Assembly (NCBI GenBank): GCA_964016885.1
Contig: OZ024749.1
Span: 40,920,001-40,984,000, forward strand
Source: Eledone cirrhosa
Lineage: Eukaryota
DNA length: 64,000 bases
Direction: 5' to 3'
Every line of letters starts with the position of its first letter. Position 1 is the stretch's first letter. The notes beneath the pieces were generated by a model. The model worked only from the letters and a program-made list of their open reading frames with translations. It was not told the origin of the DNA and ran no database searches. This document shows, one piece after another, positions 38,102 through 51,500 of this stretch. The position numbers and the translations under genes are program-made.

Positions 38102-40084
38102 CTGTGTGTGCAGTAAAGAAAGTAGTGTAAGAGCTGATATATTAATATATTTATGTTCATACTCAGAACAAAAAAGTGTTACATTAGCTTTCAAGGTCCA
38201 GTTATAACATAACTGAGAATATTAGTCGCATATATGTTATAGAATGCTGTTAGCTTCTCGCTAAAACAATCTCTATACCTCTCATTTATATATATATATA
38301 TATCGTTTCTGAATTTGTTTAGCAAGATTCTTTATCTGAAAACGTGTGTTGAAACCGATATTGTTATACTTTGGGTCATGTTGCCAATAAGAAACACGCG
38401 CACCAGTTGCTTTCACTCCAATTTATTATAAATTAAATTTATAAATTTCCGGTTGGTTGGTTGAGTTAAAGCGAGATTACCTCAAGACGGTAACTTGACA
38501 TGCTAGAAATAGCAGCTAAATGCCTTGTCAATTTAGGGGGAGATAATCCTTTCTTTGAAAGAAAGCAGATGGCAACAAAATAAGCTCAGTGAAGAAACTC
38601 TGGGTTTTAACTGTTTCTATGCGGATAGTATGAATTGATTAATTATTTTTTCATTGAGTCTGTGAGAATACTATGTGCAATGGTGTCTGTTATTGTCAAG
38701 ACACATCACTAACGTTTGGATATTCAAAGACGAAGACCGAGGCTGCAGGTAGGCAAATAGAAAAAAAAACATGTTTTTTAATACACACACATATATATAT
38801 ACATGTCCACAGAAGGAAAATATTGTCGAAAACAAGACATCAAGCACATATTTCTCATTGATAACTTTGTTCCATTATTGACTAAAAAAAGATGTACAAA
38901 ATAATTTTTCTGTATTTTTAATATCTGAAGTATGGTCATTTGGTACCCAATAAGGGTAATTAGACTCATACCAAGGTAGAGATGATCCTCTTCTGAGTAT
39001 CGAACATCACTTGGTATCGATGCCTCCCACATGGGTATCAATACGAGAAGCGATAGTTAAACTTGAGCTGGTGGTTGGTCCACTCCTTCTCGAGCCTTGA
39101 CTTTAAAATATTGACTGATTATCTATATTTTTACTTTATGTAATGCTAATATGTATAAATACGGTGTCTCAATAGATATTTGAATTTAGGTACAAAGTGC
39201 GCCAAAATATTAACATACTTTCACTTCTATAAAATTTGTGTACATCGCATGGAGAGCAGCTATTATTGGGAAATATAAGAGAAGTGTCGAAGGCGATTTG
39301 CTAGAAACTACAGTTTAGTTCACCATCATAATCCCCCTCCCCCATGAAAAATATCTAAATAATTCATACTTTTCAATAGAGGGTGTACGTTTTACAATGT
39401 GTAGATTACGATTATGTTGTTCAAATTAAAAAAGAAATAATAAATGCTTTGCATTTCGAGTTCAAATTCCACCGAGTTCAGCTTTGCCTTTCATACTTTC
39501 GATGTTGATAAAAAAAAAGCGCCAGTCCAGTACTCGGTCGACTCTCCACTGCCTCTCTGTTCAGACTTGGAGAGGGATAATCTCCACTCCTCCAGGTTTA
39601 ATATGTCAGGAAATACTGGATGTCATTTCGGTGTCCCTACGACTTTATCAGGAGTTATGGCTCCATACATACTCATAAGAATACAATGAAAATTTCCACA
39701 TGTATTTTATTAAAGAAATATAATCAATTAATTATTGCCAAGAAACTTATAAATATAATACACAAAAATATACAATCAAAGCGAAAAAAAAACCCTACAA
39801 AACATAAATTTAACACTAAATGCTTCAATCGGTCACACCACATAGATCATCGGAAATGTTTGAGGCAAGCCAACACGCTCGCAGCATTATCGCGGGTGAT
39901 GGCGAGGCTAAAGGCGCCGAAACAACCAAGCATGTGGACTTACAAAACCTCAATTCAAAATATGATACATTGTCAATGTTGTATGTAAAGTGGAGGTTCG
40001 ACTTATTTACCGGTACAACTAATACACGAGTATACATTATATGTCAATTTATAACTGTTTACGTATGTTTCTCTCTCTCTCTTC

Positions 40085-40572
40085 TCTTCTTCTTCGCCAA
40101 CTTAGTCCCGTGATGATCGTGGGAACAGAGTCTTCAAACACCCCTTCTAGCGGGTCCTGTCAGAAGCAACCGTCTCCAACTGATACGGCTGGATCTCCAA
40201 GCGAGACCAGCCGAGCTCATGGATGTTATCCAACCATCTTGCTCGGGGTTTACCTCTGGGTCCCCTACCGGTTGGTTTTGCCCATAAAATCTGTTTAGCG
40301 ATTCTTTCCTGAGACATTCTAACCATATGCCCATAGTATCGGTGTTGTGATCTCCCAAATCGGAGAAGTAGCGACTCTATCTAGAGTGACTCTGATCTTC
40401 GGGCTACGCACTCTGTCGAGTAACGTTACTCCAAAGACCCTTCGGAGGAACCCCATGTCTGCCGCTTGCATTTGTGATCGTTATTCTTTCGGTTATTACT
40501 CAAGATTCATGACCATAGATAAGGGTTGGCACGAATGCTGAATTGAAGATAGCGAGTTTGGCTTTTACACCC
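40085..40572 (-). mobile_element. RTE LINE 3' fragment (frameshifted)
   Basis: KLAIFNSAFVPTLIYGHES..QAADMGFLRRVFGVTLLDRVRS..YYGHMVRM..RGKPRARWLD. A same-family piece lies at 57820-58025 (+). Confidence 0.85.
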
Positions 40573-41124
40573 ACCTCCCTTCTTCACACCTTTCCATTCT
40601 GACTCAATGTGTGTGTGAGTGTTCAAAAATATATCTCAACAATCTTACTTCCCCTAGATTAGAGTTATTTCCCTTGCATTCTAATCTAGTGTAACTGTAC
40701 TCAGGCGGTTTGGTGTGCGGACACATACATACACACACATACGGAAAATCTATTATTTGATAGTACTTTACAAACTTTTATTGTCTCTTTCATACACACA
40801 CACACACGCACGCACCGTTTTCACGTCTGCTTTTTCATGCTTGTGTGTGTGTGTAATATTAATTGGTGCATTATATATATATATATATAGTAATAATAAT
40901 AAATTTGAAGACTAAAATCCAAAGAGGGCTCGATAAGGATAAATATATATCAAATGGTGTGTGTATTTATAATTATTGCATAACTGTGTTATCAGTACAA
41001 TCTCTAACGATGATTGCAATGGGTCCAGTGGCGGTGGTAGTGATGAGAATGGTTATGATGTTGATGATGATGATGGGGTAAAAGAAGAGGAGGAATAGGT
41101 TTATGGTAGTGGGGCTACAACTGC

Positions 41125-41157
<33 letters not shown>

Positions 41158-41621
41158 CCGTCGTAGTACAGCATCGGTAGTGGTAGTAGTATTAGTAATA
41201 TAATGTAAAGGAATGCAAAAAGTTGGTCACAAAAAGCAAGGAGGTGGAGGTGGTGGAGGATGTAGTGTTGTTTAGTATAGTGGTGGTGGGTGGGGAGGTA
41301 TAGTAGTTTAGTATAGTGGTGGTGGTTGTGGGTGGAGAGGAAGAGTAATATAGTGAAGCGGGAGAGGCTGTAGTATAGTATAGTGGTGGAAGGGGAAGGC
41401 AGAGTAGTATAGTATAGTGATGGTGGTTGAGGAGGTAAAATAGTATAGTGGGTGAAGAGGTAGAATAGTGTAGTGGTGGTGGGTGGGTAGGATATATGCG
41501 TTTGTGCAATACTGGTTCTGCAATCAGCTGGTGCAATGCATTAGCACTGGTTTAACACCATAGCTACTGCACTGCAGCATTGTATTGTGGGATAGACGGA
41601 TAGCTGATAACGTTTCATGTA

Positions 41622-41659
<38 letters not shown>

Positions 41660-41759
41660 GGAGGTGAGTTTTATTGTAGTACAATAAAGCAATGCAGATA
41701 TCGGATAAGAAGCACTCTACAGTTTGTAGGACTGGAGTATACATAATATAACATTATAT

Positions 41760-41809
<50 letters not shown>

Positions 41810-41898
41810 GCAAAAGTTCTATTTAAAATTGTTGGGATACAACAAGTAAATATTTTTATAACTGATATAAAGCACTCGACAAGTATTTGGAGTAGATA

Positions 41899-42089
41899 TA
41901 CGATATTAATAAATGGAAACTATATTTATAAAACCATATTTATTTCATTATACATATTTCAGGGATACCAAATTAAATTAAATTGTATTTTGTCTGATGA
42001 AGGCATACCATAATTTAATTTGGTATCCCTGAAATATGTATAATGAAATAAATATGGTTTTATAAATATAGTTTCCATTTATTAATATC

Positions 42090-42092
<3 letters not shown>
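41899..42092. repeat. Perfect ~80-bp inverted repeat with 30-nt spacer
   Basis: 41901-41980 is the reverse complement of 42011-42090. Confidence 0.9.
41986..42050 (+). ncRNA. Minimal type-I hammerhead ribozyme motif (Penelope-like repeat)
   Basis: tattttgt-CTGATGA-AGGcATACCA-loop-TGGTATcCCT-GAAA-tatgtat-a-atgaaata. Confidence 0.7.
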
Positions 42093-42141
<49 letters not shown>

Positions 42142-42562
42142 CTGTGTATGTTTATATTTATGCATTTATATATATGTGTATGTGTGTGTGTGTTTATATA
42201 TGCTAGTGTGTGTATATATATATAAATATATATATATATGTATGTATATATGTGTGTGTATATACATGTATGTGTATACATGTATATACATGTATGTATA
42301 CACGTATATGTATACATATATGTATATGTATATATGTTTATGTATATATATATATGTTTATGTGTATATATGTATATGTATATATATATATGTATATATA
42401 TATACATACATGTATAGGTATGTATTTGTTTACATGTATATATGTATAGTTTTGTATATATGTGCATATATATATATATATATACATATATATACATATA
42501 TATATGTATATGTTTGTATCTATATGTATAAATGTAAATATACACACATGTATATATATGTG
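42091..42562. repeat. Compound (TA)n/(TG)n microsatellite
   Basis: Directly visible. Confidence 0.95.
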
Positions 42563-43427
42563 TAAGTGGACTTTTTTTGTCTCCAGACCTTTAACTGGAT
42601 TACTTTATCTTCTACACCTTTTACCTTTCCCTATTACCATTACATCAAACTGAAAAGGTGATTGAATCTTCCCCAGTACTTGACTGGTATTTTGTTTTAT
42701 TGACCCTGGAAGGATGAAAGGTAAAGTTGACCTCAGTGGGGTTTGAACTCAGAATATGAGAGAACCAGAATAAATAGATCAGAGCATATTCTGCCCCCAC
42801 TGTAAAATGGTCATGTAGGTGTCATGACAAAAATCACCCAGCCCACACTGTAAAGTGGTTGGCATTAGAAAGGGCATCCAGCTGTAGACACCTAGCCAGA
42901 TACAGTTCTATATTAGTAAGACATGGTCAAATGGGACCCAGCTTCAAATGGGACAACCTGATGATGATTTTGTCCAGTGTTCTACCAATTCTGCCAATTA
43001 ACGGTCCTTAACAATAACAACAGCAATAATGTTTCTAATTATTGATTTTAATTGTTATGAATTTTTGAGTTTGTTTGTATTTTATAGCCATGTATCATAT
43101 TTTATTTTTATAATATATATTTTATTTATAAGCCACTCATTGGTCGACTTTACAACCAATCAAAGGTTAGAATTCTTCTTGTCTGCTGTCCCCCCCCCCC
43201 CCCCCACTGCCTGCTATCTCTTCTATATATCTATGTTAGAATCTACACATTCAATAGATTAGCAGTCTTTGAAGTAGATTCTAAAATGGCATAATGTAAA
43301 CAAAATATGATCCATTCCAGGAGGAAAAAGCAGTCAAGTGCATGTGCACCCAGAGCCGGCGCTACCATTAAAATCAACTAGGCAGCTACCTAAGGTATAG
43401 AGCTTCAGAGAGGTGCATGACTGAACC

Positions 43428-43640
43428 TTAACCTTCAGCATTTAAGCCAGCCGTATCTGGTCAGAATTCTCCCTCTTTTTTCTGTTCAAACAGGCCATAA
43501 CTGGCTGCTCATACTGACTTTAAGGTATTGTTCTCAAAATAACTAACATCAAAATGTTGTAGATTCGATATTATGTGAGGTAAAGCCTTTACGTGAAAAT
43601 ACAATAATATATATATAGAGTAATGTAAAGGCTAAAGGGT
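43428..43640. mobile_element. piggyBac-type MITE copy inside a ~95-bp direct repeat
   Basis: ttaaccttcagcattta ... taaaggctaaagggt; same body as the 217-1727 copy. Confidence 0.75.
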
Positions 43641-44384
43641 CACTGTTTTATACAGGGCTGGCAATACCATTAAGGCCAACTAGACAACTACCTAGAGTGA
43701 AGACTTTCAGAAAGGTGCATGACAGAACCTTGAAGGATCACTGTTTTATACAGATTTATATAATTAAATTAAATATTCAAGAATGTCCTCTAATCTGTGT
43801 ATAAATCATTACACATCTTTTATCAAATAGCAGTATTGTAGAAATATCCAAAGCTGTGGAGAGGATCATATGGTGTTAGAATATAACAAGGTTAGATGCA
43901 GGACCTATAAAAGGATGGAGGGAAGGAGCTGATATATCAACCCAGGGGGGTGGAGTCCAGGAAGGGGTTGATATATCAGTCCAGGAGATGGGCGGGGAGG
44001 TCAGGAAAGGGCTGATATATCAGTCCGGGTTGGGGGAGATCATGAAGGGCCTGGGAATATCTGACATACACCCACTCTGCTATCGCTCAGCCCCTGAATT
44101 CTGACAGGACTGAAGAGTTCTTTTAACCCTTTGGCAATGTTTCTGTGGCTGGATACCTTTCCTCATACCAACCATTTTACAGAGTGTACTGGGCGAATTT
44201 TATTGTGACTCCAGCAGTAGAATTGCCACATTCTTAGCATAACTGACGAGTCCTCTTTCTTTTTAAATTATGTTATTGGCCCTTTACATTCTGAGTTCAA
44301 ATCCTGCCAAGGTTAGCTTTGCCTTTCGTCCTTATGGGGTAGATAAAATAAAACACCAGTAATGTACTGGGGTTGCTTGACAAA

Positions 44385-44536
44385 GACCTACAGAGCAGCT
44401 CTGTTCACCATATCAAAAGTTTTTGATAAATCCACAAAAACCTGATACAGGTTATCTTCATAATACTTTTCTTAGATTTGTTTTGCTATGAAGATCATAT
44501 CATTAGTGCCTCTATTGATGTAGAAGCCACATTGTG
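44385..44536 (-). mobile_element. RTE-BovB RT fragment nested in a SINE
   Basis: QCGF..NRGTNDMIFIAKQI*EK..LYQVFVDLSKTFDMVNR. Confidence 0.8.
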
Positions 44537-46506
44537 ATATATATACATATATACACACATACATCTAACTGACTTCTCCTCCTCCAAAATTGCTGGCCTT
44601 ATGCCTAAAGTAGAAACTATTATTTGAATCTAACAAAATGAAGAGTAAAAAAAAATGAACCAAGCTGTCTGCCATGGAATTGAACTGGAGACAAATGAGC
44701 TGGAAGTCCAGTCCAGTGCTACATGTACTTGACTAATTAACTTTCTGCACATTCCCTCCATATTAACCGACACCAATCTCATTAATACTCGGCCCCCATC
44801 ACATCACCTCCATCTCCATCATCCTGAGACATGACATTCAAAATACTATAATTGTGCATCAATTATTCAACAGACTAACTACATCAAAACAAAGTCAAAC
44901 TCCAGACTTTACTTAGCAAATATAATAGTTTTTATGTCTGGGCTCTATAGTTAAGGAGTTTGTTTTGCAACCATACAGTGTTAGGTTTGATCCCATTGCA
45001 CAACACCTTTGGAAAATGTCTTCTATTAACCCTTTTGATCCCAACCCAGCCAAAACCAGCTCTGACTCTAAGAAACAAAACCACTCAGGATTCCTATTTA
45101 AATAAAAAAGCTTCCAACATAATTTTATATAAGAACCCTACATTAAGTTACTATCTTAGTAATGAAATAATTAATAATTTTAGTAAATGCCTCAAAATTC
45201 TTTATTCCTTTTGATACCAACCAGCCAGAACTGGCTCTGGTTCTATGAAACAAAACCACATATTTCAAAGGGTTCATATTTAAATTAAAATCTTTCAACA
45301 TAATTTTATATAAGACCCATATGCATATATTAAGTTATCTTTAGTAATGAAATAATTATTTTAGTCAATCTTTTAAAATTCTTCATTAATTAAAATAGAG
45401 TGCATTTCATTAGAAATATGGTGACAAAAGAATTAATGATTTTATGGTCTTTCTGGTTAAGGAGTTCATTTTGCAACCACAAAGTACTGTTGTGGTCATT
45501 CTTGCTACTGCTGTTGTTGATGATGTTGTTGTGATGCTGCTTGTGGTTGCTGTTCTGATTGTGGTTGTTATTGTTCTTATGGTTATGTTTGTTGTGAATG
45601 TGATTGTTACTGTTTTTGTTGTGGTTGTTGCTATTTTCATAAATTCTTCCACAAAGAAATAATCAACAAAGCATTGACCCCCCCCCCCCCCCCACCACCA
45701 CCACCAACACCACACCACCATCAGCACCCTCCCTGTCAACACCCTCCTCTCTCCACACCATCACCTTCCTATCACATTTGTCCCCCATCCCCCGATCACA
45801 TCCTCCCCTGACAACACCACCACCTTCCTATTAGCCCCTTCTCTTGTTCCACCACCCTTTCCACTCCACCATCCCATCAACCCTACCACCTCCACCACAC
45901 CATCTCCACCACTCCAGCCCCACCCTACCACCCCTCATTACACAACAATTGACTGACTGACACGTGAAACATCATTATTATCACTAACACATTTCTGGCT
46001 GTTTGATTTTTAATGAGGGTCCCCAGGGGTGGGGCTGCGTGTGTGTGTGATGAAGTGAAGTGGGTGAGGATGGCAGAGAGAGAGAGAGAGAAAGAGAGAG
46101 ACTGTGCATGTGTGAAGGGGACAGAATGTGGGGGATGGGTGATGATGATGAGCATCTGTGTGTAGGGGAGGAGGATGAGAGAAAGAAAGAGGCAGAGAGA
46201 GAGAGAATGAGTGTGGGGGAAGATAAGAGAGAGTGTGTACTTGTGTGTGTGTGTGTATGTGTGTATATATGTGGTGGAGGATAAAAGACTGGTGAACCCA
46301 TTATACAATATGAATACTTCATAGATCTGTTGATATGCTATTGATTTGGTGATGGTGATGGTAATGGTCGTGATAGTGGTGATGGTGTTGTTGTTGTTGT
46401 TGTTGGTATTGGTGATGATGATGGTGGTGGTGATAGTTGTGGTTGTGATGATGTTGATAATAATATATATTGATCATCAATATATAATGCACACACACAC
46501 ACACAC

Positions 46507-46543
<37 letters not shown>

Positions 46544-46689
46544 CGAGTAGAGAGATGCTGTGCTGAATAGGTCCCGTCCAACCCTTGCAAACAGGGAAAA
46601 GCGGACGTAAAATGATGATGATGATGATAATATATATATATATATATATATCATCATCAATTTATACACACGCACACACATACATATAT

Positions 46690-47118
46690 CTAGGACGGGT
46701 AAAATTCCCGAGATCCATGGACGAGTTCTCTCCAGCGGTCTCTGTCCCTCATTATCGCTGCCATGTCCTGCGTCTCCAACAGACCAGTGTCTGTCCTTAG
46801 GGCATCAACATACGTTAACTTTGGTCTTCCTCTTCCAGTGTGTCCATCTAGGGGCTCCCACAGGAGCACTGAGTGCAATGTCAACTCTGGATGTCGGTGA
46901 GCATGTCCAGCTAACCTCAGTCTCCTCTGTGTCACTTTTGAGCTGACTTTTGGGAGGCTCCCATACAGCTCTGAGTTTTTCATCCTCAGTGTATACTGAT
47001 TAATGTTCAGAGCCATCCTCAGCATTCTCGTGTAGCACCCATCCACCACCTGAGTGAGTTTCTTGGTCAGTGTCCAAGTCTCAAACCCGTACAGCAGCAC
47101 AGACTCCACTACAGCAAT
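46690..47118 (-). mobile_element. RTE(-X-like) LINE 3' fragment, open frame
   Basis: ESVLLYGFETWTLT..YTRMLRMALN..RRLRLAGH..RGRP..DRDRWR. Confidence 0.88.
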
Positions 47119-47253
47119 AAAAAAAAAAAAATATATATATACATATATATATATCTTTATTACATATAGAAATGACTTCTACAGAACTATAACTGTTTCA
47201 TTCACATGAAATCATCAGGAATGTCCTGATTCATACATATATATTATATATAT

Positions 47254-47444
47254 ATAGGTAAAATTCCATTATAACGAATACCATTATAACAATTTTTTCA
47301 GTATAATGAAATTTTCTTTCAATCTCCGAGGTAATAACAAACAGACGCTCGATTTGTTTTGGTTGATCTCGTTATAAAGAATTTTTCGTTACAACAAATT
47401 TCTTTTATACCTCGTGAATTTCGTTAAAACGGAATTTCACTGTA
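47254..47444. mobile_element. Tc1/pogo(Tigger)-like MITE in (TA)n
   Basis: Imperfect TIRs gtaaaattccattataacgaa / ttcgttaaaacggaatttcactgta, TA flanks, internal repeats of tataac/gttata. Confidence 0.6.
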
Positions 47445-47639
47445 ATATATATATATATATATATATAGAAGGATTTTAATGGATACAGTTTAGTTAAAAG
47501 GAATTTATTGACACGTGTTTCTATAACAGTTACATAACCTGAAAACAGCTGCTATCTACAAAGTATTAGTTATGCAGACATTCAATATTTCAATGTTATT
47601 ATCAACTGTCATTTCATCGGAATATATTTATATATCGGA

Positions 47640-47704
<65 letters not shown>

Positions 47705-48310
47705 CCCACACCCTCCCACTGTAAAGTGGTCGTGGAGGTGTCATGGCAAAAAAGCACCCAGCCCACACTGTAAAGTGGACGTGTAGGCGCCACGGAAAAA
47801 AGCACCCAGCACTCACTGTAAATGAGGTTGGTGTTAGGAAGCGCATCCAGCTGTAGAAATCAAGCCAAAATCAGTTCCTGTATGAGCAAGGCATGGTCAG
47901 CCGACCAGACACTGCCCACAACAGGACAACCCGTCTTACCCATACTAGCATGGAAGAACGGACGTAAAACGGTGATGATATATATATAATCATCAGTAGA
48001 CACCTCTTAACCCAATGTACACCCCCACCCCTCACACACCCTACCCCATCCTCCCTTTTCCATTCTGTCCACTGTGTTGAGGACACAACAGTCCACACTG
48101 TAAGGTGGTCATGTACGAGACATGGGTAAAAAGGCTCCCAGTCCACACTGTACATGTGGTTGGTGTTAGGAAGGGCATCCAGCTGTAAAAAAAAAAAACC
48201 TGCCAGAGACACTTCCGTGCGAGCGAGACACGGTCTCCCGACCATGGAACAAACCCGTCTAACCCATGCTAGCATGGAAGATAGATGTTAAACGATGATG
48301 ATGATGATGT
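47705..48310 (+). mobile_element. Two tandem RTE 3'-UTR/SINE-like elements with (GAT)n tails
   Basis: Match the 3' UTR of the LINE at 289-560 (ggttggtgttaggaagggcatccagctgta..catgctagcatggaa..gatgat). Other copies at ~15010-15200 (-), 25545-25910, 28010-28355 and 42795-42970. Confidence 0.8.
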
Positions 48311-48513
48311 ATCATTTTATATAGGTATGTGTGTATGTATTAATTGGTAACCACAGTAGTTCCTTTTGCAGGGTTTGAACTTACATAGTGCTGGTTCCAA
48401 TCTGTAGTTCAGTCACCTCATCCCTCCGGCCCCACCTCACCCCACCCCAAGTATCAGATACCAGAATTGATGGAATGTCAATAACCTACACTTTTCACTT
48501 AAAATGGTGTCAC

Positions 48514-51500
48514 ACCAGAGTGTTGTGTGTCAAGGGTTCTAATGCCAGCTGTGTTGTGAGCCAAGGGTTCTAATGCCAGCTGTGTTGTGTGTCAAGGGTT
48601 CTAATGCCAGCTGTGTTGTGTGTCAAGGGTTCTAATACCAGCTGTGTTGTGTGTCAAGGGTTCTAATACCAGCTGTGTTGTGTGTCAAGGGTTCTAATAC
48701 CAGCTGTGTTGTGTGTCAAGGGTTCTAATACCAGCTGTGTTGTGTGTCAAGGGTTCTAATACCAGCTGTGTTGTGTGTCAAGGGTTCTAATGCCAGCTGT
48801 GTTGTGTGTCAAGGGTTCTAATGCCAGCTGTGTTGTGTGTCAAGGGTTCTAATGCCAGCTGTGTTGTGTGTCAAGGGTTCTAATGCCAGCTGTGTTGTGT
48901 GTCAAGGGTTCTAATACCAGCTGTGTTGTGTGTCAAGGGTTCTAATACCAGCTGTGTTGTGTGTCAAGGGTTCTAATGCCAGCTGTGTTGTGTGTCAAGG
49001 GTTCTAATACCAGCTGTGTTGTGTGTCAAGGGTTCTAATACCAGCTGTGTTGTGTGTCAAGGGTTCTAATACCAGCTGTGTTGTGTGTCAAGGGTTCTAA
49101 TACCAGCTGTGTTGTGTGTCAAGGGTTCTAATACCAGCTGTGTTGTGTGTCAAGGGTTCTAATACCAGCTGTGTTGTGAGCCAAGGGTTCTAATGCCAGC
49201 TGTGTTGTGTGTCAAGGGTTCTAATGCCAGCTGTGTTGTGTGTCAAGGGTTCTAATACCAGCTGTGTTGTGTGTCAAGGGTTCTAATACCAGCTGTGTTG
49301 TGTGTCAAGGGTTCTAATACCAGCTGTGTTGTGTGTCAAGGGTTCTAATACCAGCTGTGTTGTGTGTCAAGGGTTCTAATACCAGCTGTGTTGTGTGTCA
49401 AGGGTTCTAATACCAGCTGTGTTGTGTGTCAAGGGTTCTAATGCCAGCTGTGTTGTGTGTCAAGGGTTCTAATACCAGCTGTGTTGTGTGTCAAGGGTTC
49501 TAATACCAGATGTGTTGTGTGTCAAGGGTTCTAATGCCAGCTGTGTTGTGTGTCAAGGGTTCTAATGCCAGCTGTGTTGTGTGTCAAGGGTTCTAATACC
49601 AGCTGTGTTGTGTGTCAAGGGTTCTAATACCAGCTGTGTTGTGTGTCAAGGGTTCTAATGCCAGCTGTGTTGTGTGTCAAGGGTTCTAATACCAGCTGTG
49701 TTGTGTGTCAAGGGTTCTAATACCAGCTGTGTTGTGTGTCAAGGGTTCTAATGCCAGCTGTGTTGTGTGTCAAGGGTTCTAATACCAGCTGTGTTGTGTG
49801 TCAAGGGTTCTAATACCAGCTGTGTTGTGTGTCAAGGGTTCTAATGCCAGCTGTGTTGTGTGTCAAGGGTTCTAATACCAGCTGTGTTGTGTGTCAAGGG
49901 TTCTAATACCAGCTGTGTTGTGTGTCAAGGGTTCTAATGCCAGCTGTGTTGTGTGTCAAGGGTTCTAATACCAGCTGTGTTGTGTGTCAAGGGTTCTAAT
50001 ACCAGCTGTGTTGTGTGTCAAGGGTTCTAATACCAGCTGTGTTGTGTGTCAAGGGTTCTAATACCAGCTGTGTTGTGTGTCAAGGGTTCTAATACCAGCT
50101 GTGTTGTGTGTCAAGGGTTCTAATACCAGCTGTGTTGTGTGTCAAGGGTTCTAATGCCAGCTGTGTTGTGTGTCAAGGGTTCTAATACCAGCTGTGTTGT
50201 GTGTCAAGGGTTCTAATACCAGCTGTGTTGTGTGTCAAGGGTTCTAATACCAGCTGTGTTGTGTGTCAAGGGTTCTAATACCAGCTGTGTTGTGTGTCAA
50301 GGGTTCTAATGCCAGCTGTGTTGTGTGTCAAGGGTTCTAATACCAGCTGTGTTGTGTGTCAAGGGTTCTAATACCAGCTGTGTTGTGTGTCAAGGGTTCT
50401 AATGCCAGCTGTGTTGTGTGTCAAGGGTTCTAATACCAGCTGTGTTGTGTGTCAAGGGTTCTAATACCAGCTGTGTTGTGTGTCAAGGGTTCTAATACCA
50501 GCTGTGTTGTGTGTCAAGGGTTCTAATACCAGCTGTGTTGTGTGTCAAGGGTTCTAATACCAGCTGTGTTGTGTGTCAAGGGTTCTAATACCAGCTGTGT
50601 TGTGTGTCAAGGGTTCTAATGCCAGCTGTGTTGTGTGTCAAGGGTTCTAATACCAGCTGTGTTGTGTGTCAAGGGTTCTAATACCAGCTGTGTTGTGTGT
50701 CAAGGGTTCTAATGCCAGCTGTGTTGTGTGTCAAGGGTTCTAATACCAGCTGTGTTGTGTGTCAAGGGTTCTAATGCCAGCTGTGTTGTGTGTCAAGGGT
50801 TCTAATACCAGCTGTGTTGTGTGTCAAGGGTTCTAATGCCAGCTGTGTTGTGTGTCAAGGGTTCTAATACCAGCTGTGTTGTGTGTCAAGGGTTCTAATA
50901 CCAGCTGTGTTGTGTGTCAAGGGTTCTAATACCAGCTGTGTTGTGTGTCAAGGGTTCTAATACCAGCTGTGTTGTGAGCCAAGGGTTCTAATGCCAGCTG
51001 TGTTGTGTGTCAAGGGTTCTAATACCAGCTGTGTTGTGTGTCAAGGGTTCTAATACCAGCTGTGTTGTGTGTCAAGGGTTCTAATACCAGCTGTGTTGTG
51101 TGTCAAGGGTTCTAATACCAGCTGTGTTGTGTGTCAAGGGTTCTAATACCAGCTGTGTTGTGTGTCAAGGGTTCTAATACCAGCTGTGTTGTGTGTCAAG
51201 GGTTCTAATACCAGCTGTGTTGTGTGTCAAGGGTTCTAATGCCAGCTGTGTTGTGTGTCAAGGGTTCTAATACCAGCTGTGTTGTGTGTCAAGGGTTCTA
51301 ATGCCAGCTGTGTTGTGTGTCAAGGGTTCTAATGCCAGCTGTGTTGTGTGTCAAGGGTTCTAATACCAGCTGTGTTGTGTGTCAAGGGTTCTAATACCAG
51401 CTGTGTTGTGTGTCAATGGTTCTAATACCAGCTGTGTTGTGTGTCAAGGGTTCTAATACCAGCTGTGTTGTGTGTCAAGGGTTCTAATACCAGCTGTGTT

